The position numbers and the translations under genes are program-made. Below the pieces are notes generated by a model, which was not told the DNA's origin, did not search any database, and saw nothing but the letters and a program-made list of their open reading frames with translations. This document shows positions 53,031 through 63,604 of a stretch of 64,000 nucleotides of DNA, piece by piece. Source of the stretch: Vicugna vicugna (taxonomy: Eukaryota). Location: contig MU058718.1 of the NCBI GenBank assembly GCA_013265495.1, positions 682,001 to 746,000 of the forward strand. Reading direction: 5' to 3'. The first letter of the stretch is position 1, and each line of letters begins with the position of its first letter.

Positions 53031-54424
53031 TAAAGATACAAATTGTCTTATAATGTACAATTGGTAGTGAGGGTGATACCAGGTGAAACTTAAGGAACAA
53101 GGAGTGGAAGAAAGATCAAGTGCAAACAAGTCATCTCATGGTCCATCTTCATGTGGCCGTGGGAACTGGAAGGCAGGAACCCAGCTGGAACCCAGCAATG
53201 GTAGTTGTACCATAGTTGTCCAAACATCTCAGGGTCTCAGACTGGATGACATTTTCAACAATATGTGAGAACCCTTGGGCACATTGTAAAGACATTTTTA
53301 TTGCATCATGACTGTTCACAACCAGCCACAGCCCTTTAACCATGGCAATGCCTGCTACCTGCTTCATTTCATCCCAGCCTGCTTCCACCTCCCTCTGATC
53401 TCTGTCCAGCTTCTGACCCAAATCTTCTGCACGTGTATGCATCTGTTCTTGTTGTTAGAATCAGCAAGTGTGTTTGTTTCCTTGGCTTTTTCTCTACAGG
53501 AGGGTTGTGGCGCTTTCTGCTACTCACTGCCTCAGGCAGCCCTCTACTCCACCCTCCACACTGGTTTTAGCCCCTCACACTCAAGTCCTGACACCAGGTA
53601 GACAAGGGTGGGTGCAGTTCCCTGGAATGTGCCTTTCGAGAAAACTGATGTTTTTCAGTCTTCTTGTACAAATTTATCTTTTTGCCTGTTTCTTAGCATA
53701 GCATGACAGAGAACATGGAAGTAAGTCATTTTCATGCTATTAGCACATTTAGGAAACAGGCTTCCACAGTAATTAATCTAATGAAGATGACCCTAGACTG
53801 AAGAAACATCAATTAGAGTCGCCTGAAGAGGCATTAGGGGAAATGAAGACATTCACATTCAAAGAAAGATAAGATTTTTAAATAAGAGGTAAAATTAATA
53901 ACAGCTCAAACTCTATGGAGCAGGAAAGAGCTTCTAATGACTCAAAGAAGACTGGGAGACATGAAAATTAGTCCATCATATGCAAGTGAATATAAAAATG
54001 ATGGTATTCTATCATGAAAACATGGACATGAAGGGATAGGCTAAAAGAAATGGGAAAATTAGAAGAAACTGGCTAGCTATATGCAACCTAGTGGAAAGAC
54101 TTTTCTTTGAAAAACATTTTTTCCAGGTAAATGTTCAGTTGTTACTTTCCAAACGTAAATAACTAACTTTTAAAGTAATAATTCAAATTCTGTGCTGTTC
54201 GGAGATGCAGTTTGGAAACCAACAGAAACCTTACCCTAGTGGTGTAAGGACCCCACCACTCCCTATCCAGCTGACCTCAGCAAGCAGTCTGCATATCTGT
54301 GGTCGATCAAGGGAAGGCCCGTCTGAGGGCTTCTGTCCAGACTGTCTACAGATCCGTCTGTGCTAATTATTAGCAATAACAACAGCTATTGCTGGTTTAT
54401 TTACCACCAAGCTCAGTATGTTAC

Positions 54425-54456
54425 CAGAATCTGGTATGTCAGGTTCTCTTTTTAAC
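54425..54456 (-). CDS. Candidate exon (32 nt), SLKREPDIPDS
   Basis: Acceptor tctcctctcAG, donor CTG|GTAACA; phase 2 in, phase 1 out, bridging its neighbours. Confidence 0.45.
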
Positions 54457-55827
54457 CTGAGAGGAGATCGGGGGCCAAAAATGGAGGGGAAAAGCCTAGC
54501 GTAAGGAAGACGTTCTTCAAATGCCTTTGCTATGCTGAGTGCTATGTAAAGGTTTGATCAAGAGGTTTTCTGGGACCTGGGGCTACCCAAGGAATCTCTG
54601 CCCACTCTGGGAGGCAACTGGTGCCCTGAGCACTGCTCACTCACCAAGCAGAATGGAGAGCTCTGTGAAACCTTGAGGGCCACTTGCAGGGCAGAGAAGG
54701 AATCTGCTCCTGACTGTTGATTCTGTTACTGTTAATAAATGGGGCTTTAGGAATAAAAAGGGAAGTGAGCTATGACATTATTAACATTAATTCTTCCTCA
54801 TTACTTCTTCTTTGAATTTTTTAGTTTTTTTTTTCCCTTTAAGACCCATATGCCCAGCCAAGATTCAAAGGCTTCCTTTCGGCCACCAAAGTCCTCTATT
54901 TCTACGCCACTATTACATATAGCCTTGAGTAATCACAATTAATATGATTTCTAACTCACAAATTAAATGGGCTATAAATTCTAGTCATCATCATGCTGGT
55001 TTTAACCATTATTATCAGGTGAAACCTTAGGAAAACTTTAAGCCTATCATAGGCCCTGTCAGCTTCTCATTTTAATTCTAAAGACATGGGCATAGCTGCT
55101 ATTTAGAGAGAAAAAGAGAGAATCAAAACTTCCTCTTTTCCCATCTGGCTACAAGTGCTTTTCAGAGTTTACTTTTTCCACACTCATCCGTAAAAAATGC
55201 ACTAGAGCTGAGCTATCATAATATTGTGTCAGAGTCAAACTATTGTATCATGGACTATCAGCTATTTCACAGGAGGACTGAACTGTCTGACTTTAAAAAG
55301 AAAAATCAGAATCGACTTTTACAGTCATAAGACTTTGTCAACAGTGACCAGGTGTTACGTGCAGCTTGGTTCAAAAAAATGGAAAGCTTCAAAAATTAAC
55401 TTGATCACAGAAAACATTTAGCTCTAAGGACTATTCAGCTGTAGGGGCACAGAACCAAAGATCAGCGAAGTGTGCTAAAAAAAAAAATAAATACTTTTCA
55501 GACCCCGAATGGAGAGAATACTAAGAGCCAGTGTCAGCCTCTGCAGTGCCAGGCCGAGCTAGCTGGTAAGTTCTCTGGTAAAGAAAATGCTTTTCTGGGA
55601 TGATTATAATGGGCGCTCTGTGAGCTCTGGAGCCTGGACTTGCTTTTCTATAGATGACTTTGTTCCTTCTTTACATTGTAAAGTTCAGTTTATATTTTTG
55701 TAGAAATACATTCTCATCATTTCAAATGAAGATGCGGATTCAGCCACATTTCAGTTTCATTCTCGTTTGAAGAAATGAGCCCTGGCTTGTTTGGAAGAGA
55801 AAATGTGACAAAAACTGGTTTCCTTAC

Positions 55828-55872
55828 GAAACTTGTATTAAATATTCAGAACTGAATGAAGGTAAACTCGTT
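55828..55872 (-). CDS. Candidate exon (45 nt), RTSLPSFSSEYLIQV
   Basis: Acceptor cccatcccttctAG, donor GTAAGG; one frame open. Confidence 0.5.
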
Positions 55873-56491
55873 CTAGAAGGGATGGGTCTTATTTATAGTT
55901 AAAAGCAAAAACCAGGTTGTGGAAAGATGGAAAGACAGGAGGAATTCACGAAGTAGTTGAAAGTTAGGAACACAGCACACATAGTTGAATCACCTGAGAT
56001 ACTCCAACCTAAAATCAGCAGTGCCAACAAAAGAGGTCTTTAAAAGTCATAATGGGCTCCCATTTTTCAGAGAGTATATAAATTCATCATTGGGGAAAGA
56101 CAATCACAGAGAGATGGTGATTTTACTTTTATTTCAAAGACTAAACAATGCAAGATCCTCAAGGCAAGTTTAAACACTCCAACAAGATATTCTGAATGAT
56201 TGTGCTAGTTTTGCTGTCAGTCTGACTCTGATGGACTTAACTAACTTCACTTTTTTAGATAGTCAAGAAGGGTCCACTCAGAATATTCATATGGCACAGA
56301 AAAGAAGTGCAGTGTGGCCAAGAGGAACCTGTGATGATTTATTAGTCAATTACAGCTATTTCTTTCAAACCTTTGTCCTACTAAATTCACCTTCCTCTCT
56401 GATGCATAAATTAGCCCTCCATAAAAGCATCTGGATGCCAGAAAGCACATTATTCTCCAGAGGTGAACCATCAGAAGCAGACAGAGCTTAC

Positions 56492-56511
56492 CTTTGGTGA
56501 ATGTATTGGAA
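56492..56511 (-). CDS. Possible micro-exon (20 nt), FQYIHQ, abutting the MLT1 LTR
   Basis: Strong donor AAG|GTAAGC; AG at the LTR edge with a poor pyrimidine tract; needed to keep frame. Confidence 0.25.
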
Positions 56512-56512
56512 C

Positions 56513-57002
56513 TGTATTTGTTTCCTGTTGGCTGCTGTAACAAATCACCATCAATTTAGTGGCTCTAAAAAAACCATATGTTTACTATCTTATAGTTCTG
56601 GAGGTCAGAAGTCCAAAAACAGGAATAACTGGGATAAAATCAAGGAATTGGCAGGGCTATGTTCTTTCTGGAGATTCTAGGGGAGAATATGTTTCCTTGC
56701 CTTTTCCAGCTTCCAAAGATTGCCCACATTCCTTCATGCATGGTCCCCTTCCATCCTCAAAGTCAGCAACGGCTGATCAAGCCTTTCTCCCATCACATCT
56801 CTCTGGCGTTTCTCACTTCCACTTAAGGACCCTTGTGATTACATGGAGCCCACTTGGATAATCCAAAATAATCTTCCAGTTTTAAGGTAAACTGACTAAG
56901 AACCTTAATTCCATCTGCATGTCTGCCATGTAACAATATTTTCACAGGTTCTTGGGATTAGGGTGTAGACATCTTTGAGAGGCCATTATTCTGCCTACAA
57001 CA
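56513..57002 (-). mobile_element. MLT1 (MaLR) solo LTR
   Basis: tgtatt...gctgctgtaacaaatcacca...tagttctggaggtcagaagtccaaaa...ccattattctgcctacaaca. Confidence 0.9.
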
Positions 57003-57030
57003 GATACCAAGAATAAATCAAACATTTTAC

Positions 57031-57063
57031 CTTCAACAATTTTTCAACAAAAGCATTCTGACT
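57031..57063 (-). CDS. Candidate exon (33 nt), SQNAFVEKLLK
   Basis: Acceptor atatttttcaAG, donor AAG|GTAAAA; phase 0-0. Confidence 0.5.
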
Positions 57064-57250
57064 CTTGAAAAATATCTTTTACTTATTCTTATTTGGTGAC
57101 TTTAACATCATCTCCAAAGGTCTGGATTCACACCTCTCTTCTGCTGCCAACTATCCAGCCAGACTTACTCCATATCCTTGGGTACAGGCACCTCACCTTT
57201 AAAAAAGCAGTAATAATAGATCTTGCCTCTCCTGCTGTCCCTTCTCTTAC

Positions 57251-57297
57251 TTCTAAATCTATGACCCTATGGCTAACAATTCTTTCCGTGTTTTCAC
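57251..57297 (-). CDS. Candidate exon (47 nt), ENTERIVSHRVIDLE; an alternative in-frame donor extends it to 57197
   Basis: Acceptor ttgtattAG, donors GTAAGA and GTGAGG; within ORF 57128..57319. Confidence 0.5.
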
Positions 57298-57414
57298 CTA
57301 ATACAATCGTAGCCTTCATCTCCCACTAAAAAACGAAGTTAGGTTGCTCTGAATGTGGATTCCTTCCTCCAGCCAGCTTAAATGCAAATTCCACAGCTCA
57401 AAGAATTTGGCAAG

Positions 57415-57525
57415 ACATTCGTTCATTCACTCAATAAATATTAACTCAACGCCTGCCACGTACCAGGCACAGCAAGTTCAGTATTGAACAAAAGAGATAT
57501 ACCTCCTGCCCTACTGGGCTTAGCT
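57415..57525 (-). mobile_element. L2 3' end
   Basis: cattcactcaataaatatt...gtaccaggcac...tgaacaaaaga. Confidence 0.7.
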
Positions 57526-57759
57526 TTGCATTTTCCAATATTTCCTGGAAGGACATAGAGGAAAGCTATTTTCTACTACTTATGCTCCACTTCTTTTCAA
57601 TACATAGCTGAGACCATATGATAAAAACACGTGTGCAATGTGAGTCTTTAAAATTAGGCAGGGTGCCAAAAAAATTAATAGTTATCTTCACAGGTGAGGA
57701 TCTGGATTGAGACACCGGGACCTAAAGCAGATTTTCTAAGTTTTGTTGAGACACCTCAG

Positions 57760-57960
57760 TGTCCTAAGTGCCTTCTGATACATTATCTCCTTTGACCCAC
57801 ACTATGACTTGGTCAGATATGGAAAGTGTTATAATCTCCCCCAATTTGCTGGTGAGAAGTGCAAGTCCAGAAAGCTTTAGTAACTTGACTGAAGTCACAG
57901 AGTAAATGGCGAAGTCCAGGACTCAGATTCAGGTCTTAATTCAAGTGATCTGCTCTCTCC
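57760..57960 (-). mobile_element. MIR SINE
   Basis: cattatctcctttga...gtaacttgactgaagtcacag. Confidence 0.65.
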
Positions 57961-59494
57961 ACGTCTGTCATTTTGATGCTATTAATGGAGACTCCTTCTT
58001 GCCTGGTTTCCAGGAGGCCATGCTGCTTCTCCTGACTCCGTGACCCCTCTTTCTTCCTATGTACAGACATTGACCAATCCTTCATTCTCTTCTTAGAGCT
58101 TAAACCAGCCCCTCTTTTAAATGGAAACCATATCTACCTCCCTTGACTGCACATCCTCGTGAGGAATGTCCTTCTAACATGGAGCTCTCTGAGCTCCACC
58201 CCCAGCTCTCTCTGTCTGCCCATCAGAATGTCCACTGGGATGACATAACCTAAGCTCTCTGCTCCATTCCTTGACCTTAGCTGTAGCCCCTATTTCCATC
58301 ACAGGCCCCACTTTCCACCTGATAACCTTGACATCACTACACTCCTGTCTCTCCTTGTATCTTGCTCCCTCAAGGCCTCATGTTCCTGTGACTCCAGTGG
58401 TAACCCAGCTCAGGTAAGAGTCACTGCCCTGAACCCTGTGGAATCTCCATTGGCCAGGCTACACCCTGACCCCGCACCCTACCAGGAAAGAAGGAATATA
58501 TAGCACAGAGAGGGATTTCCCCCTAAAATAGACTCTGGTCCTCTCTCTTCTTGGGTAGTACCAAAGACGCTAACAAGTACATGAAGATGTAACGACCACC
58601 CTGCCACCTTCTACAGCATTTCCATAGTGAGAAAAAACCCCAACTCACAGATTCTCTTCAGCCACCAAACTGAAGGACTAGAATTGGGGTAGGGGGCATA
58701 TCAAAACATGGTGCCAGGTATCACACAGCTGGCTGAATTAAGAACATTCTGAGTCACTAAATCGCTCCAGACTTTGAAAACTAAACCTTTAAAACAGACA
58801 TCATGAAAAGACGTCTCACAGAAAACCTCCAAGAAATGTGCTGAACGAATGCTGACTGTCCAGTGGTGATCTGCAGAACACGGAGACCAAACAGGGCCCA
58901 TGCCCTTCATCTTACCGAGGTTACCGTGCCTGCCTCAGAGAAGCAGCCTCACGCCAGCCTGACCGTGCAGGGGACACACTCCCTGCCAGGGCTCAGCTCT
59001 GCGTCCCACAAAGGGACGCGTCACAAGCAGGCACATGCCACAGATTAAGCAGCACCAAGCAACATTTCGCAAACAGCTTGTAAACATTAATGTCATATGA
59101 ATCTGTGATGGGCATCGGGATCGCAAGGTGCTGTCCAGTCTTGAACTCCCACTATCGGAAACTCTGCGTGAGCCTGCCTGAGGCAGGAAGCAGCGTTGCA
59201 AAGGCATGTGTGAACATACACACGCACACACACACATACATACCCCACAACTAAGGCATATAGAGGTCTGAGCTCTTTCCCTTACAGTAGAAAGGACATG
59301 TATCATTTCCTAAAAGATGGGGCTGATCCTTAAACTTATTTTTACCATTTCCTCAACCTTCTAGTATTAGAACAGTCCTACAGTAAAAATGCGTACCTAG
59401 TAAATATCTCTTGAAATGAGTTCATTATTGTTTTATTCCAAGTTAAGCTCTAGTCTTTCTCTACCAGAGAGTCAGAGGAATGAGGATAACTTAC

Positions 59495-59581
59495 TTTTCA
59501 CTATTTAATATGGAGGTTTTAAAAATATAGATTCCTTTAAAGGTCTACATGTAAAGTCGGTTATGGTGGGAAGTGATTATT
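59495..59581 (-). pseudogene. Exon-like segment (87 nt) with stops in all three frames
   Basis: Acceptor tctgtttttTAG, donor GTAAGT; the incoming frame reads NNHFPP*. Confidence 0.5.
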
Positions 59582-59657
59582 CTAAAAAACAGATTTTTTA
59601 AGTTATATATGTGCATACTTAATGATCCAAACTAGCTTAAGAAAATAGTTTACTCAC

Positions 59658-59679
59658 AAAGATGTTTATGACACTGTGC
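59658..59679 (-). CDS. Candidate micro-exon (22 nt), MHSVINIF
   Basis: Acceptor tatgtctctttaAG, donor GTGAGT; 76-nt intron to the next exon. Confidence 0.55.
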
Positions 59680-59869
59680 CTTAAAGAGACATATTCTATA
59701 TAAAAGGCATTGTGGAAATTCACCATTCTTGCATCAACTATTACTAAAAAGGGAGAAATCATCAACTTGCAATATTAAAAACTGGAACAGCCAAGCAAAG
59801 AGCAAAAGGCTGATCATACCTTAAACAACTGTGGTCAAAAGGGCATGCTAAGGGAATGGAGCGTTCAAA

Positions 59870-60030
59870 TAATATCACAGTGTATGCGACACGGGGCCTG
59901 TGGGAAATCTTTGTACCATCCCCTCAATAGTCCTGTGAACCTTAAAATATTCTTTAAAAACTGTCTTCATAAAAAAAATTAAAATAAATTTTTAAGAAGT
60001 AAAGTAAAAAAAAATTCTTCAAAAAAAATA
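59870..60030 (+). mobile_element. Old L1 3' end fragment
   Basis: tgggaaatctttgtaccatcccctcaa...ctgtgaaccttaaa + A-rich tail. Confidence 0.65.
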
Positions 60031-60168
60031 ATGGAAGTGGTAAAGGTCTCTCTTTTTAAAAAATGCCTTCTATGTACCAAATGTGCCAAATTATAAAAGT
60101 ATCCTAAGTGTCCCTGAGAAGGACTGATTCACATACACCAGTCCTTGAATAGTCTAACCATTACTTAC

Positions 60169-60214
60169 ATAGAGTAGTAATAACCAGGACTCATTTGCTT
60201 AATCGTACAGCTGG
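60169..60214 (-). CDS. Candidate exon (46 nt), SSCTIKQMSPGYYYS
   Basis: Acceptor ggcctatAG, donor GTAAGT. Confidence 0.5.
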
Positions 60215-60445
60215 CTATAGGCCAATTGTCCATACAACCATTGAAAAAAATCAGTTTCACAGGCTAATGGGTCTGATGGGAGACAGAGCTATGGACTCCA
60301 GACAGAGCTGGGCTCCACCAGCTTTGTACACATGAGCACTGGTTAGTTCCTGCTAGCTTGAAGCAACATGTGGCTATTGCTAAATCACCAGAGAGCTCAT
60401 TTACGTCCAGAGTTCAAAACGCATACTCATACAACGGAATCATAC

Positions 60446-60480
60446 ATATTCTAGTGTTCTCAGGTTTAATTATCTTTGGG
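60446..60480 (-). CDS. Candidate exon (35 nt), PKIIKPENTRI
   Basis: Acceptor tcttacttttcattAG, donor GTATGA; in phase with the next two exons. Confidence 0.45.
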
Positions 60481-60819
60481 CTAATGAAAAGTAAGACATA
60501 AATGAAACAATGACAATTTAAAGTAGTAAATAGCACTGCAAGCAGTTTTATTTACTTTTAAATGCATCACTAGATTTCTCTACCAACTCTGCCTTAGCAA
60601 TCAGGAACCACCAAGGCCCTGACAGAGATGCTCCAAGTTAAAGGAAAGCCCAAGAGTCGTAGGCACTGTACAATAAGATGGGCCTGCCTGGCCTCTCCCT
60701 CCCACAGCTCCGGTGATGCTCATGCTTGTCACATGGCCCTGCCCACCCTCTCATCTGGGATCATGACATTAAGGTGGGCACTCGATTAAGGGAAACTATA
60801 AGTAGCCAGGGACTTACAC

Positions 60820-60955
60820 CAGTGTTCCTCAAACTCGAATGGGCAAACGAATCACCAAGGGGTCTTGTTAAAATGCATATTCAGATGGGGAGGGTTGTGA
60901 TCTGTCGGGATCTGACATCCAGGCTGCTAGTCCTCAGTCTGCACTTGAAGTAACA
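60820..60955. mobile_element. MER5-like relic
   Basis: cagtgttcctcaaact...gaatcacc..ggggtcttgttaaaatgca. Confidence 0.6.
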
Positions 60956-61332
60956 GGCTCAGCACTTGGACTGACAAACATGATGACCTGAGAGAGAAGT
61001 CCAGAAAGTAGCTATCTTGAGTGTCCAAATCATCTCAATTCTGGCTCCTCTGAGGCTGGAAAGGTTCTTGTTCATGGGGGTCTGATGTCACTCCCATGAG
61101 AACGTATTTGTATGCCTACAATAACTCCCCATTTCCTCAAGCCTGCTCATATTGGTTTCTGTTTCATGTAACCAGAAGAGACTTGACTAGAACAGACACA
61201 AAGGGAAGTATCTTCATTCCTGAAAGTCACTGTCGGTGCCATTCTGGTTTAAGAGGGGGAGGGGGCCATCCTCTAGCAGTAGGCAAACACATTATTCTAG
61301 ATTTAAAATAATGCAGCAGTTCATGGACGTAC

Positions 61333-61383
61333 TTCCCCTTTGAATCACAATTTTCCATTTAATCCCAACGGAATGGTCCAGAC
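61333..61383 (-). CDS. Candidate exon (51 nt), LDHSVGIKWKIVIQRG
   Basis: Acceptor catcttttcAG, donor GTACGT; one frame open. Confidence 0.4.
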
Positions 61384-61532
61384 CTGAAAAGATGTCCCAA
61401 GTAAAGGGGTTGCTGATTCCATGGTTACCTAAGTTACGACTACCCACTCCCACGTGCCCTCTTCTAACCACAAGCCTCCCTGGGCCCAGCTGAGACTTAG
61501 CGAGAGAAGAAGAGAGGAAGTCCTGGTACCAC

Positions 61533-61692
61533 CTGGAACCCAGAATCCTGCTGTCTCTGCCTTGCTTTCCTCTTTGTTTTCATATTGTTTTCCTTGATAC
61601 TCTCTTCATCATTATGGCAGATGCCTTTGGAGTTTTCTCTTTTTTCCCAGTGACCTAGAACCATCATCTTATCCGAAAGTCTTTGAGTCACT
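61533..61692 (-). CDS. Possible exon, purine-rich (VTQRLSDKMM...RQQDSGFQ)
   Basis: Overlaps ORF 61497..61691; weak splice sites; phase does not link to neighbours. Confidence 0.25.
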
Positions 61693-62027
61693 CTAACCAG
61701 ACTGTGGCCTTACAACCCCAGGCCCCCACATTAGTTCTTAATGGAAAGTGACATAAGAGTGTCTGAATTTTTCCTCCAAGTCATCAGCCTTGGTTTCTGC
61801 TTAAAACAGCAACTCTATACTCAGACATGAAACTCAACTAAAAATGTTTTATAAATTCTAACACTAAAGCCTCCAGGGGAGCCCTGGGCCAGGAAGTCCA
61901 CTATTTAACCTCAACAAAATCCACCAGCCAATTACTGTAACCCTTATACTGTACCTAAGACAAGTGATGGCTCTTTGATGTACATGGAAATAAAAATATT
62001 TGTACAGTAGGTTTTGTAACTTTATAC

Positions 62028-62168
62028 TTCAAATTTTAAGCTATAAAAATGTTGTCCAGCTTCAGCTGAGGATCGTATTCCTTTTTTGCTCGGATTCCTG
62101 TTTTCATTCCCATCCAAATTTGAATGAATCAAAAAGGATAAAGAAGGAGTTCCGAGGGAAGCAGGAGG
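62028..62168 (-). CDS. Candidate exon (141 nt), PPASLGTPSLSFLIHSNLDGNENRNPSKKGIRSSAEAGQHFYSLKFE
   Basis: Acceptor tttgtctttggtgttAG, weak donor GTATAA; 47 open codons in phase 0. Confidence 0.45.
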
Positions 62169-62223
62169 CTAACACCAAAGACAAATCAATAATGTGACTG
62201 TGACAATAATACAAGCCATAACA

Positions 62224-62560
62224 TTTTATTTATAATCTAAACTCTACCTACTTCCTTGAAGGATTTAAAATGGCTTAAAATAAACACATGTACAGGATAA
62301 TCGAAATAAAGAAAAGAAGAGCTAATCCACATGGAAGAAAGGGGAGATAACCACCAGGAAATAGAGATGAGAGTTATTGTAACGAAGCACTAATTTTGGC
62401 TCTCAGTTTAGGAAACCAAAGCTAAAAAGGAAACATGATAGGTTAGGAATTCTCAATTTCATAAATGTAGAAGCAGATGGATTTGTCAGCAGGGATGGTC
62501 CATTTTCCATGGCTGAGCTCAAAGAGAAATTTACAGCACAACCCCTCCATAAAATAAGCC
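62224..62560 (-). mobile_element. L4/RTE-X-like ancient LINE 3' fragment
   Basis: ttttatttat...cttccttgaaggatttaaaatggctt; ccaaagctaaaaaggaaacatgat; family assigned from recall. Confidence 0.45.
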
Positions 62561-62768
62561 AAGAAATAAGGAAGGGCGACTTCAGCTCAAGCTCGGTGGC
62601 CGTTTCCTCCTTCGACTGTTGGTAGAAACCAAAGCCCGCGTACTGCAATGCAGCTAACTTGTCTCTGTGCACAGCTGAGCGAATGTGGTCTCAGCAAGCT
62701 GCTCTCTGGCGTGAACATGTTAAAATGGAGGCTCTTGGAGAACCTAGAGTAACCGATGACTAACTTGC

Positions 62769-62786
62769 CCTGAAAACTGTCTTCCT
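62769..62786 (-). CDS. Candidate micro-exon (18 nt), RKTVFR, GC donor
   Basis: Acceptor ccttaatccttcctAG, donor GCAAGT; 104-nt upstream intron; phase 0-0. Confidence 0.3.
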
Positions 62787-62890
62787 CTAGGAAGGATTAA
62801 GGTTACTGATGAGCATTTCAAGTGCAGTGTGTGGGTACCACTGGCTGATGTTCTGTCAGGAAAACAAAGGACCCTGCCTCGAAATCCTAC

Positions 62891-62915
62891 CAGGAAAGGG
62901 GCACTCCAATAGCTC
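62891..62915 (-). CDS. Candidate micro-exon (25 nt), WSYWSAPFL
   Basis: Acceptor gtcttgtctgtAG, donor GTAGGA; phase-compatible. Confidence 0.35.
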
Positions 62916-63148
62916 CTACAGACAAGACCCATACTATTTTTCAGTAGCAGGCTTTAAATAAGCTTTCCATGGCAAACCAGTTACTCGAGAGATACCAGTC
63001 CAAAGTTCTGGACCACAGAGAGAAGTCCTGTTGGTCTAGGAAGTTAAGGACAGGGGTTTTCTGGTGGCTAACTCAGTCACAAAAACCACAGCACAGTTCC
63101 AGCAGAATAACAAATTCTGAGAGAAATCACATCCTGTTGACAGTTCAC

Positions 63149-63188
63149 CAGATTTCAAGCAGCTGGGGCAATGGAAGTACTGGATGAA
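63149..63188 (-). CDS. Candidate exon (40 nt), IHPVLPLPQLLEI
   Basis: Acceptor tatatctttataAG, weak donor GTGAAC; in phase with 63538-63604. Confidence 0.35.
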
Positions 63189-63537
63189 CTTAATAAAGAT
63201 ATATTAGGAACAAATAGAAAAACAAAACCCGTAACAACAACAACAAAATCCTGAAAAATGTCTTCCAAAGATCCTGATTTCAAGAGTGGGCCACTTAATG
63301 CTACATTATTATTTCATAAGTAGCTGCCTCCCCAGACTGCCTGGGTCTATGACAGTGATGTGTACAGAGGACAGGCCTGGCTTTCCTTTGGTCTGGCAGA
63401 AATCGGCCACCTCACTCGATTAAAAACAGAATAAGGACATTTAGCTATAATTTAACAAGAAGAAAGGCTAGGACATGGCTTTGCTTCCTGGATTTTAAAA
63501 TTGAAATTTGACCTGCCAAAAGGTTGTTATTACTCAC

Positions 63538-63604
63538 TCCAGTCTGGCATTAGGAAACGATGTGGTACAAGGTTTGGAGTAGAATTAAAAGTAGGATTAA
63601 TGAC
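63538..63604 (-). CDS. Candidate exon (67 nt), VINPTFNSTPNLVPHRFLMPDW
   Basis: Acceptor tttctccatactcccAG, donor GTGAGT; one frame open. Confidence 0.55.

Larger units (their letters stand above)
24246..63604 (-). pseudogene. Unidentified multi-exon, micro-exon-rich locus with a partly intact spliced ORF (candidate unitary pseudogene, fast-evolving gene or lncRNA); 5' end probably lies beyond the window
   Basis: More than 20 minus-strand segments bounded by a pyrimidine tract + AG and GT(A/G)AG-like donors, with long runs of phase-compatible exons and in-exon stops at 42652-42654 and in 59495-59581. I do not recognise the protein. Confidence 0.6.

Noticed and set aside
59820..59828. 9-nt AG/GT-bounded micro-exon candidate
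   Set aside because: Next to an old L1 fragment, and it would introduce a stop or break the frame; likely chance.
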